A DNA stretch of 64,000 nt from an uncultured Haloferula sp. (GCA_965652295.1 CBFGTS010000007.1:96001-160000), one strand, 5' to 3'; positions 1-7,781 are shown, counted from the first letter of the stretch. Translations and numbers: made by a program. The notes: generated from the sequence alone by a model not told the origin.

Positions 1-1837
1 GCTCCAAGCCACGCAGGCGCTTCCCGCTGGCATTGCGGTAGAGGAGGATCTTGCTCGCGATTTCCGCCTTGCTGCGGGTGCCACCGGCGAGGAGCTGGCG
101 AATCTTGCCAGTGTTGAAGTCGAAGCTCGTGAGGGCATCGAGTTCGTGCGGCTCGAACTCGATACCGACCCGTGCGGCCTCGTCTTCGACCCGCTTCCGG
201 TGCTGGGAGAGTTCGACGTCGAGACGCCGCGCGGCTTCGGCCTTGTCGATGACCTCGCCGGGTTGCGCCTTGGTCCCGTAACCAATGCTCCACTGGCCGT
301 GGTCCCAATAGGCTTTGCGGTGAAAGCCCTCGGCCTCTCCACCGGCCTCGAACTGCTTCACCATGTCCTTGAGGCTTCCGCCGACTGGCTGATCGGGGGT
401 GGCGTCTCGCGCGCCGGGCGGCCCGCCGGCTTCTCCCAGCATCTCCGAGAGCGAGCGCCGACGTTCCTCGACAGGCACGGAGCCTCCAGAGAGGACCGAT
501 CCGGCGATCTCATCCATCGCCACCTTCCGGAACTGCTGATCGAAATCCTTGGCCTCGGGGTTGTCGCGCAACCATTCGGTCATCCGTTCCTCGACCCTCT
601 CACGACGGCGGAGGATCTCGGTTTCCCGCTCGGCATACTCGAAGGGCGATAGCTCCTCGTCTTCGTCAATCGATCCGAACGCGCCGGCCTTCTGATAGAC
701 CGCTGAGAGCTTCGAAATCTCCCGCTCGCGGCTCTGATCGCGCGCCTCCTGAAGGTTCTTGCCGTTCCAGGCAGCCGGGTCGAGAGCATGAACACGTTGC
801 CGGAGCGCACCGGACCCGTCTCGGGCACCCATGGCATACACGACCTGGGCCACTTCGTCGTGAGCCGCCCGGTAGTCATCCAGGTTCATTTCTCCCGACT
901 TGTAGGCGTCATGGAGTTCGTTGAGCTGGTCGGTGATCGCGAAACGGGATTCGGCATCGACCGGCTGTGCCTGTTGGAAGTTGAACAGCAGCTCATCATG
1001 CAAGGCCTCCTCGATGTAGGGACTCCTCTCCAATTGTCGGCGCAATTCTTCCTCGGTCGAGACTTCCCCGGTCTCAATCGCCGTGGAGATCGCCTTGAGC
1101 TGCTCTTTCTGAAAGGCCTGAACATCCGCCTCAAGCCCACGAACGAGGCGCTCCCGGTCCACCTCGGAAATTCCTGGGGTGTTGGTTACAAAATCTGGTG
1201 TCCTCACTTCTTCCAGAAGAGCCCTCGGGTCTTCCTCCCGACGTTGCGAAAGCTCTCTGAGAGTCGCCATCCGCAGCCCCTCCCGCTGGAGCCGATCCCG
1301 ATCGGCCTCCCCAACAAGTCCAGTCGCGATGCCTCGGCTCACGGCTTGTTCGTACTGATTCAGGTCTCCACGCGACGCATGGTAGTTCAGCTCTCCCGCG
1401 AACTTCGCCTGCGAGTTCTGATATATTTTGCGGGCCGCCAAGCCTTCAAATTGAAGCGTCTTCCGGACTGCCCATCCTTCGAACTCACCAAGGGCCTTTC
1501 CCTGAGCTTCGGGGGAGAGTTCAAGCGTTGCGAGCTGGTTTCGCATCTGGGAGATCATCTGAGCCGAATCCCCCTTCCAATTCTCCGGATCTTGCCGACT
1601 GATCAAGCCGTCCTCAAAACGTGAAGCCTCCATTGAGGCTTGCCGCATGAAGGCAGAGATTTTGCCTCCCTCCTCGGCGACGCGGATTTCCTCGGCAAGC
1701 TGAAAGCCCTTGTCCCCAACGGCAGCAATGGTCTGCCCGAATTGGGCCATGGCCTTGCCTCTGGCCATGGCGACAGAGGGATCGGCTCGCGGCATAGCTG
1801 GGCCCGCGGACAGGTATTGAGTTGGCGGAAGTGGCAT
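1..1837 (-). CDS. Large internal-virion/ejection-like protein with C-terminal GH24 phage lysozyme domain (3' end outside window)
   Basis: Manually translated, open from ATG 1837 (MPLPPTQYLSAGPAMPRADP...) to the window edge; distal part MVKQFE...EGFHRKAYWDHGQWSIGYGT...DALTSFDFNTG...RGLE matches GH24 lysozyme motifs. Confidence 0.8.
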   Translation of the reverse strand, partial: MPLPPTQYLSAGPAMPRADPSVAMARGKAMAQFGQTIAAVGDKGFQLAEEIRVAEEGGKISAFMRQASMEASRFEDGLISRQDPENWKGDSAQMISQMRNQLATLELSPEAQGKALGEFEGWAVRKTLQFEGLAARKIYQNSQAKFAGELNYHASRGDLNQYEQAVSRGIATGLVGEADRDRLQREGLRMATLRELSQRREEDPRALLEEVRTPDFVTNTPGISEVDRERLVRGLEADVQAFQKEQLKAISTAIETGEVSTEEELRRQLERSPYIEEALHDELLFNFQQAQPVDAESRFAITDQLNELHDAYKSGEMNLDDYRAAHDEVAQVVYAMGARDGSGALRQRVHALDPAAWNGKNLQEARDQSREREISKLSAVYQKAGAFGSIDEDEELSPFEYAERETEILRRRERVEERMTEWLRDNPEAKDFDQQFRKVAMDEIAGSVLSGGSVPVEERRRSLSEMLGEAGGPPGARDATPDQPVGGSLKDMVKQFEAGGEAEGFHRKAYWDHGQWSIGYGTKAQPGEVIDKAEAARRLDVELSQHRKRVEDEAARVGIEFEPHELDALTSFDFNTGKIRQLLAGGTRSKAEIASKILLYRNASGKRLRGLE

Positions 1838-1839
1838 GG

Positions 1840-2352
1840 TTAGTTGATGGCAGTGGTGGATTTTGGGGAGCGTTTGAGCTTCCCAGAAGAGGTGAGGTAG
1901 CCGGAGGTGGCGGAAGAAACTCCCTGCAGGGCGGTGGCATAACTCTGCGTTCTCAGGGCTGCTGCTTCGTTTTCACCCTGCCAGATGTCCATCTGTGCGC
2001 CTTGAATCAGAGCCCGGTAGCGATTCGAGGCCTCAAAGGACATGTCCTGAATGTCGCGATCCAGCATGGCGGCCGTTTCTCCCAATACCGCCAATGGAGT
2101 ACCCTCCATCGTCAGTCCGCTCGCCGCATTGGCGGCCCGGATTCGCGCAAGTTCGCGGTTGTTCTCTCGGGCTTTGCGGCGGGCATTCTCGGCGACCACT
2201 TTGTTCTCCTGGTCGGCCTGCTGGCGCTGGAGTTCCGAGTTGTAGCGGGCTGAGTTTTCGGCGGCCTTGGCGGCGTTCTGCTGGCCTTGGACGGAGACAG
2301 CCGTACCGGCGAGGGAAACGACAGTGGAGATGCCGATGATCCAGTAGCTCAT
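1840..2352 (-). CDS. Small internal virion/ejection protein (T7 gp14 / P22 gp7-like)
   Basis: Hydrophobic Gly/Ala N-terminus, Gln/Ala helical middle, AANAASGLTMEGTPL segment typical of podovirus small ejection proteins. Confidence 0.65.
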   Translation of the reverse strand: MSYWIIGISTVVSLAGTAVSVQGQQNAAKAAENSARYNSELQRQQADQENKVVAENARRKARENNRELARIRAANAASGLTMEGTPLAVLGETAAMLDRDIQDMSFEASNRYRALIQGAQMDIWQGENEAAALRTQSYATALQGVSSATSGYLTSSGKLKRSPKSTTAIN

Positions 2353-2837
2353 GATTGGGGAAGGTTATGTGGCTGGGACGCCCATCCGTGGGAGAGCGCC
2401 GGGTGATTTTCCGGAAGAAGGGAGTTCTGGTGAGGTTCCAGAATTTGCTCCCCGATTTTGAGAATATCGGTCTCCTCGGTGACGTGAAAGGTGGTCCAGA
2501 TGGTGTCGTCGAGAGCGTAAAGCATGCGGCGCGTTCCTGGTTCAGTGACACCGGTGAAAGGCGCGGCGTATTCGACGTGCTCCGTCTCGGAGATGACGCG
2601 GATCCGCCCGGCGGAAATCACGAACGGATGCCGGGTCTTGTGGGTGGCCGAGGTGAGGAGGGCTCCTTTGGGAATGTGGCACTCCCGAATATAGAGACCT
2701 GGAGTGAAACGATGGACGACGTGGATTGCAGCGTGTTCAGCCCCATTGGCGATGCTGTTTGCCATCGCTGCCTCAAGCTCGTCGATCGAGTCTCCCGCCA
2801 CCTTCGATGGCTTCTGGCGTGGATTTAGGGAGTTCAT
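2349..2837 (-). CDS. Phage cupin-like protein
   Basis: HRFTPGLYIRECHIPKG...HKTRH...PGTRR pattern; ATGA overlaps at both ends. Confidence 0.7.
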   Translation of the reverse strand: MNSLNPRQKPSKVAGDSIDELEAAMANSIANGAEHAAIHVVHRFTPGLYIRECHIPKGALLTSATHKTRHPFVISAGRIRVISETEHVEYAAPFTGVTEPGTRRMLYALDDTIWTTFHVTEETDILKIGEQILEPHQNSLLPENHPALSHGWASQPHNLPQS

Positions 2838-3100
2838 GATTTCAGGAATTTCGAGAGTTCTTCCGTCCCCTTGGAAGTCAGGGAATAGATGGTCTTGCCG
2901 CCGGACTTCACGGCCTCCGCCAACCCCTCCGCCAGAAGGTGGTTCTGGAGGCAATTCCAGATGCCTGAGGTGCTGCCGCCGGTGCGTTCGACGAGCTGGG
3001 CGTATGAGACGTCACCTGTGCCGATCTCAAGCAGCACGAGCAGCTCCAGGTCGCTCCAGCGGCGGCGGAACTTCCGTTGGATAATCGATTTCAGTTTCAT
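2834..3100 (-). CDS. Winged-helix DNA-binding protein
   Basis: MKLKSII...LLVLLEIG...SYAQLVERTG...YSLTSKG; ATGA-coupled. Confidence 0.7.
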   Translation of the reverse strand: MKLKSIIQRKFRRRWSDLELLVLLEIGTGDVSYAQLVERTGGSTSGIWNCLQNHLLAEGLAEAVKSGGKTIYSLTSKGTEELSKFLKS

Positions 3101-3363
3101 CCGCAGGCGGCGTGAAATTGACGGTGAAACGCGAACATCCTTTCCCGGCTTTCGCGGACGGTTTGAACGAGGTCTTCGGCCTGGGCGTCCGTGTGCTCGA
3201 AAATCGCCGCCTCGAAGCATCTCGGGCACTCGTTCGTCTCGATGCTCCCTAGCTTCAGGATGTCCGGGCGAAGTAGATCCGTTCGGCAAACTGCGAAGGC
3301 CTTCCCGCAGGTCTCGCACTCGTAATATCGGATGGCACCGTGGTAGGAAGGTGGCGTGGTCAT
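3097..3363 (-). CDS. Small CxxC-CxxC zinc-finger protein
   Basis: CETC and CPRC motifs; ATG overlaps rep stop. Confidence 0.6.
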   Translation of the reverse strand: MTTPPSYHGAIRYYECETCGKAFAVCRTDLLRPDILKLGSIETNECPRCFEAAIFEHTDAQAEDLVQTVRESRERMFAFHRQFHAACG

Positions 3364-4235
3364 GGTTCGCGGCAGAGGGCTAGAGCTTCCTCGGTGGTGA
3401 GGGTTTCGCAGTCGTCGGGCTCGATCTTTGATGAAATCGGAACTGATTGGGCGCGGGAGTCCCACCAGCTCTTGCCGGTGCTGCGCCACCACGGGCGGAT
3501 TTTCTGAATGGCCTCGAAATATTGGCGGAGAAACTCGCCTCGATCGCGGGGCCAGAGCTTTCGGCCGCGAACGCGGTCGGTTGCCTCATTCCACGCGAGG
3601 ATGGCCGACCAATCGTCCGGGGCATGGTCCTGGAGGTGGGGGAGGATGAGACGGAAGTCGGCTCGCTCAGCCGGAGAGAGAGCCGGGGGAGCATCGGAGA
3701 AGCACCGGCAGAGATGGTCGAGGATCTCGCAGGGCACTCCGAGAGCATCGGCCGACGAAGTCGGGGGGGTGGGGGCACACGTTCCCTCCCCCGTTCCCTT
3801 TGGGTTCCTTTTGGGATCGTAGGCAGAATCCTTCCGGGGTGGGGGGTAGGATTCTTCCGGGGTGGGGGGCTGTTTTCTGCCGGGGGTGGTGACAGAATCC
3901 TTCCGGGGTGCTGTTTTCTTCACCCCGGCAGAATCCTTCCGGGGTGATTTCATGGATTCCGCGCGGTTTTTCAAAAAATCCATTTCCACGCGGTAAACGG
4001 TTGTTCTGCCTGGGCGCTCTCTCAGCACGGAAAGCTCTCCGCTCTCCAACAGAGCGCGGAGGTGGACACGCACGCCACGCTCGCTTTCCAGCCCGCATTT
4101 CAGCGCCATCGTGGTGAGGCTTGGCCAAGCGTTCCCCTCATCATTGGCGCAGTCCGCCAGCGCCAGCAACACGAGCTTCCGTGCCCCTTTCGCGCGACTG
4201 CCGAACCATACTGCCGTGGTGGCGGCCACGCTCAT
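3360..4235 (-). CDS. Phage-type replication initiator (N-terminal HTH, replisome-organizer-like)
   Basis: KLVLLALADCANDEGNAWPSLTTMALKCGL..R.V N-terminus; central repeat region carries iterons. Confidence 0.8.
   Translation of the reverse strand: MSVAATTAVWFGSRAKGARKLVLLALADCANDEGNAWPSLTTMALKCGLESERGVRVHLRALLESGELSVLRERPGRTTVYRVEMDFLKNRAESMKSPRKDSAGVKKTAPRKDSVTTPGRKQPPTPEESYPPPRKDSAYDPKRNPKGTGEGTCAPTPPTSSADALGVPCEILDHLCRCFSDAPPALSPAERADFRLILPHLQDHAPDDWSAILAWNEATDRVRGRKLWPRDRGEFLRQYFEAIQKIRPWWRSTGKSWWDSRAQSVPISSKIEPDDCETLTTEEALALCREP
3824..3946. repeat. Iteron array (putative origin) inside rep gene
   Basis: CAGAATCCTTCCGGGGTG exact at 3824, 3893 and 3929, degenerate at 3847 and ~3870; A/T tract at 3967-3979. 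Confidence 0.8.
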
Positions 4236-4501
4236 GATTCGTGTGAATCGGGGGTTGAAAGGAGTCGGTAGCTGGAACGGATCCGGCGGCCTTTCATTCG
4301 CTGCTGGAGGTTCTCTATCCGCCACCCATAGGGTTTCCTCAATTTTGCGACGGAGGAATGAACGGCGCCGTTGCAGGATTTGCGCATGAGCACATCGAGG
4401 CCGACGGGATCGGGATAGGCTTCCTCGAGGAGTTCGAGAACGGTGGCGCATTGGGTTCCTTTATTCGGGCGGCGAGGTTGGTAATCTGATTGTTCGGACA
4501 T
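4232..4501 (-). CDS. Small helix-turn-helix protein
   Basis: TQCATVLELL...AVHSSVAKLRKPYGWRIEN...YRL; stop overlaps rep ATG. Confidence 0.6.
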   Translation of the reverse strand: MSEQSDYQPRRPNKGTQCATVLELLEEAYPDPVGLDVLMRKSCNGAVHSSVAKLRKPYGWRIENLQQRMKGRRIRSSYRLLSTPDSHES

Positions 4502-4589
4502 GGTCGTTTGTAGTTGCGACCAGCTCCTGAGAATGGTTCCCTGCGGTTGCGACGGCGGGGGCCGGTTCTCTTCGGAGGCCGGTCTTTTG

Positions 4590-4835
4590 CTATCCGTGCG
4601 TGGCGATTTTGATTTCGGAGGATTTCCCGATTCCGGCTTCAATGAAGCGATCAAGGGACTGGCGACAGATCAGCCGGCGACCTCGGCTTGCTCCCGGAGC
4701 GCGGACTGTCGAGGAGACGATCAAGCGATCGTTGATGTAGTTCCGGAGCGTCCGGATGTTGAGACCGGAATAGATCGCAGCGTCCTGCATCGTGAGCCAG
4801 CGACGCTCCGTCTGGCAGTGTTGGGGGTTAGGCAT
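4590..4835 (-). CDS. Excisionase/AlpA-like HTH protein
   Basis: WLTMQDAAIYSGLNIRTLRNYI...RRLICRQSLDRFI. Confidence 0.8.
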   Translation of the reverse strand: MPNPQHCQTERRWLTMQDAAIYSGLNIRTLRNYINDRLIVSSTVRAPGASRGRRLICRQSLDRFIEAGIGKSSEIKIATHG

Positions 4836-4904
4836 GCGCTAACCATGCCCGTCGATTCCTTCGAAATACCTGAGACGTTCAGAGATGAACTCTCATGTGT
4901 TGAA

Positions 4905-5750
4905 TCACTGGGAAAGCGACTTCACCTCGTTGCCCAGCGTCACAATAAATCCCCGATCCATCTTCCTGTTGTGATTGGGGGGGCCTTCGTATCCAATGAG
5001 CTTGAAAGCCTTGGTGTAGGGCGCTTGATCGTCGGTTGCCGGCATTTTGTCCGGATATGCGGTCTCAAGAAACACCTTGAATTCGGCCTTCGTTGGAAGC
5101 CGGCGGAGGCGGTCCTCAAGCCACGGGACCCAGCGTAGGACCTCAGCGGCGATGCGCATGTGATGGGGCGGAGCGATCTCATCCGCGGCGCGAATGATCC
5201 GAAGGGTGGAACTCAGGGCCTCCATGCGAGGAACGTCCAAGCAAAAGACTGCTCGGAGCATCATGGCTTCCATTATTCCTCGGGCGAGGATCCTCACGCC
5301 TTGATCCCGCTTCGTATTTTTGGGGCCTCTCGGCGAAAGGATCTCTGGATAGAGGAAGGCATCCAGTACCGGGAGCCACTCCGGCATGTGGGGTGAGAAG
5401 GTTCCCTTTTTTCCGGTGGCTGAGAGTGTCACGTATGCGAGACGCCGCCGCACTCGCTCGATGTCTTTGCAGCGCTGAGCCGAATCCTCTTTTCTGAACG
5501 CCTCAACAATCTTGTTTGCCAGCTCGTTGCGACTGAGGGCGGCGGCTTCATTGACCACTCCGCCCGTGAGGAGCCGGAACGCGAAGTAGGAAATCAGCTC
5601 GGGGCTCGGTATCGGGAGCGATCCATCGTGAAGCCAATCGTTGAGAAGAATCTCCGCGGCACGGGGGTGATTGACGAAGCTCTCCACCTCCTGAAGGAGC
5701 TTTTGCCCCTGGTCGGTGAGGGTGGAATCGAAAGAGAGCTGGGCCTTCAT
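4905..5750 (-). CDS. Hypothetical protein (element-borne)
   Basis: 281-aa ORF filling the gap between hicB and xis; no motif recognised. Confidence 0.6.
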   Translation of the reverse strand: MKAQLSFDSTLTDQGQKLLQEVESFVNHPRAAEILLNDWLHDGSLPIPSPELISYFAFRLLTGGVVNEAAALSRNELANKIVEAFRKEDSAQRCKDIERVRRRLAYVTLSATGKKGTFSPHMPEWLPVLDAFLYPEILSPRGPKNTKRDQGVRILARGIMEAMMLRAVFCLDVPRMEALSSTLRIIRAADEIAPPHHMRIAAEVLRWVPWLEDRLRRLPTKAEFKVFLETAYPDKMPATDDQAPYTKAFKLIGYEGPPNHNRKMDRGFIVTLGNEVKSLSQ

Positions 5751-5757
5751 CGAAAGC

Positions 5758-6180
5758 TCAAGCGAGCGCTTTGCGGACGCTCCTAGGATCGGAGGCGGCG
5801 AGACGGAGGAGAGTGCGGGCAGCCCCGCTGGGCCGGGACACGTGTTGTTCCCACTTGTGGAGGGTGCGCACGCTCACGTTGAGCAGCCGGGCGAATTCTG
5901 CTTGGGAAAGCCCCATGGCTTTGCGGGTGAGGACCGGGTCCGGGTCGGTCGGTGCGTTGGCCGGAGGTTCAGGGAGCTTGAGCCCTGCTTCGTCCCATTG
6001 CGCCACCGTCTCCTCTGCGAGCCGGTTGAGGGCTCTGAAGACTTCGACCGGATCGTCTCCATGGTCGCAATCGCCGCAGAGACCTTCGATGCTGCCAATG
6101 AAAGCTCCATCCTCGTCGCTCCAACGGACGGACTTCGGGTAGGCGGCGGCGCGTTGCCGGATTTCAGGGGTGATCTTCAT
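5758..6180 (-). CDS. hicB: HicB-family antitoxin with C-terminal Xre HTH
   Basis: WSDEDGAFIGSIEGL...HGDDPVE HicB domain; RKAMGLSQAEFARLLNVSVRTLHKWEQ HTH. Confidence 0.8.
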   Translation of the reverse strand: MKITPEIRQRAAAYPKSVRWSDEDGAFIGSIEGLCGDCDHGDDPVEVFRALNRLAEETVAQWDEAGLKLPEPPANAPTDPDPVLTRKAMGLSQAEFARLLNVSVRTLHKWEQHVSRPSGAARTLLRLAASDPRSVRKALA

Positions 6181-6377
6181 GGCTTGGTTTCTTCGATCTT
6201 CTGTTTCACCTGCCGCTCCAGGTAGGTCTTCGCGTCATCGCCATCCCGGCCTGGGATGATCATGACGGTCCGCCCTTGGTTGGCTTCGAACTTGCGGTGG
6301 CTTCCTTTTCCCCCGGGGACGTGCTGGAAGCCCGCCTTGCGGAGGTCTTTGATGAGATCGCGGATCTTGCGTGGCAT
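6177..6377 (-). CDS. hicA: HicA-family mRNA interferase toxin
   Basis: 66 aa, LRKAGF...GKGSHRKF motif, ATGA overlap with hicB. Confidence 0.9.
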   Translation of the reverse strand: MPRKIRDLIKDLRKAGFQHVPGGKGSHRKFEANQGRTVMIIPGRDGDDAKTYLERQVKQKIEETKP

Positions 6378-6381
6378 GGGT

Positions 6382-6409
6382 ACTATGCCCTAAATGGGCA
6401 GGGTTTCAA
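6382..6409 (-). promoter_or_regulatory. hicAB promoter with palindromic operator
   Basis: TTGAAA-16nt-CATAGT on minus strand; palindrome TGCCC-N5-GGGCA at 6386-6400. Confidence 0.55.
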
Positions 6410-6416
6410 GAGGGAA

Positions 6417-7604
6417 TCAGAAGGAAGGGAGGGCGGCGATGGCGCGATCGAGGGCCTCGTCGTGGTGGGTGTAGCGGCCATGCACGCCGGCGCTGCTGTG
6501 TCCGGTGAGGCGCTGGCGCACGTCGGCGTGAATGTCGGCCTCGGCGAGCCAGGAGGCGAAGCTATGGCGGAGGCTGTGAAAGCTCCGGCGTTTTACCACG
6601 TCGCCGGCCTCGGTGATTTCCCGCGCTACCCCGGCCCGCTCCATGAGTCGGGTGAATTGGGTGGAAAGGGTGCCGGTTTTTGTCCCCTTCAGGGAGGGGA
6701 AGAAAGCTCCCTCGCGTTCTCCGATCCATGCGAGGCAAGGGGGTGTGAGGGGGACCGTGAGGGTCTTCCGGCTCCGCTTCGTCTTCTCAGGGCGGATCAC
6801 CAGCCGGGAGCCCTCGAGGTGCTCTCGTCCGAGTCGGATCACGTCGCCAAGCCGCAGACCAGTGTGGGCAGCGATGAGGATCACACCGCGCCATTCGTCG
6901 GACGTGCCGGGATGATCGAGCATGGCGCGGACCTCCTGAGTGGTGAAAGGGGCGCGTTCGGTGCTGTCGTCGGTGGGAAGGGGGCGGATACCTTCCGCAG
7001 CGTTGGCCTTGGCGAGTCCCGCATCGACCGCGTCGCGGAGGGCCCGGCGGAGGCACCGGAGGTCAAGGTTGGCGGTGGCGGCTGTGACGGTGCGGCCGCT
7101 GCCCTTCACCTTGGTCTTCACGATCTTGCCGATGGCCTTCTCAATGTCCGCCTGTTTGAGGTCTCCGACGGCGCTGGCGGCGAGCTTCGGACCGAGAGCG
7201 GCCACGATGCGGCGTTCCATGTCCTTATAGACCCGGAGGGTGCTCTCGGAGACGTGCGGGGCCTGGCGTTTCACCCAGCCGGCGAGGTGTTCCGCGAGGG
7301 TGACGTCCACAAAATCCGGGTTCGCCACCTTGTGGAGCTTTCGGATGAGTTCCTCAGCCCGGGCAAGGGTGAGTTCGCCGGCCGCGGCTTCCCGGGTGGC
7401 GGCATCCACTACCGCGGCAAAGGCCTTGGGGAGGTGGGAGTTGCTCTTCCGCTTCTCGCGCTCCTTCGCCTCGAAGTCGGCAGCGATCTCGCGGGCCTCA
7501 CGCTTCTTGGGTGTCCTGGTCGACCTCGAAATCCGCTTCCCGTCGGCATCGATGAAGCGGGCGAACCAGTTCGGGTTGTCGGGATCTCGGTAGAGGGTAG
7601 CCAT
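6417..7604 (-). CDS. int: Tyrosine recombinase/integrase
   Basis: HTGLRLGD, K, FHSLRHSF, LTGHSS, RYTH catalytic set; start MATLYRDP at 7604. Confidence 0.95.
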   Translation of the reverse strand: MATLYRDPDNPNWFARFIDADGKRISRSTRTPKKREAREIAADFEAKEREKRKSNSHLPKAFAAVVDAATREAAAGELTLARAEELIRKLHKVANPDFVDVTLAEHLAGWVKRQAPHVSESTLRVYKDMERRIVAALGPKLAASAVGDLKQADIEKAIGKIVKTKVKGSGRTVTAATANLDLRCLRRALRDAVDAGLAKANAAEGIRPLPTDDSTERAPFTTQEVRAMLDHPGTSDEWRGVILIAAHTGLRLGDVIRLGREHLEGSRLVIRPEKTKRSRKTLTVPLTPPCLAWIGEREGAFFPSLKGTKTGTLSTQFTRLMERAGVAREITEAGDVVKRRSFHSLRHSFASWLAEADIHADVRQRLTGHSSAGVHGRYTHHDEALDRAIAALPSF

Positions 7605-7617
7605 CGGAGCGGGGCTG

Positions 7618-7671
7618 ACTGAACACGATACTGAACAGACTGAACAGGAAAGCACGGGAAAAGTGTTCAGT
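7618..7671. repeat. Putative integrase arm-type binding sites
   Basis: ACTGAACA direct at 7618, 7630 and 7639; inverted TGTTCAGT at 7664. Confidence 0.6.
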
Positions 7672-7708
7672 TGGCCTAGAATCCATTGCGGCTCTAAGGC
7701 TGTGGTGT

Positions 7709-7744
7709 AATAGGTCGTAGGTTCGAACCCTACCGCCGGAGCCA
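7709..7744 (+). other. att site: duplicated 3' part of a tRNA (probably tRNA-Asn)
   Basis: GGTCGTAGGTTCGAACCCTACCGCCGGAGCCA = T-arm, acceptor 3' strand and CCA; 5' half absent; GGAGCCA end is typical of tRNA-Asn. Confidence 0.85.
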
Positions 7745-7746
7745 AT

Positions 7747-7781
7747 GAAGGGCGCTGATTCTCAACGAGTCAGCGCCCTTC
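7747..7781 (+). terminator. Stem-loop after tRNA fragment (likely the original tRNA terminator)
   Basis: GAAGGGCGCTGATTC-TCAAC-GAGTCAGCGCCCTTC, 15-bp stem. Confidence 0.7.

Larger units (their letters stand above)
1..7744 (-). mobile_element. tRNA-integrated prophage/phage-satellite-like element, right end (left end outside window)
   Basis: Tyrosine integrase next to a tRNA 3' fragment; xis, rep, TA and virion-like genes all on one strand; host-type genes follow. Confidence 0.9.

Noticed and set aside
146..1624. Plus-strand ORFs 146-652 and 788-1624
   Set aside because: Antisense to the continuous minus-strand virion/lysozyme ORF
3824..3946. CRISPR array
   Set aside because: Repeats are 18 bp with short irregular spacing, lie inside a rep ORF, and no cas genes are present; iterons fit better
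7618..7671. ACTGAACA repeats as members of the CTGAAAA heptamer family
   Set aside because: Spacing is 12 and 9 nt, not 7, and the position beside int/att fits arm sites; the similarity is probably coincidental
7670..7744. Complete tRNA gene
   Set aside because: Only the T-arm and acceptor 3' strand are present; no D-arm, anticodon arm or TCCGGCG 5' strand
7605..7745. 47-aa N-terminal extension of the integrase (MAPAVGFEPTT...)
   Set aside because: It is the antisense reading of the tRNA fragment and arm repeats; the real start is more likely ATG 7604
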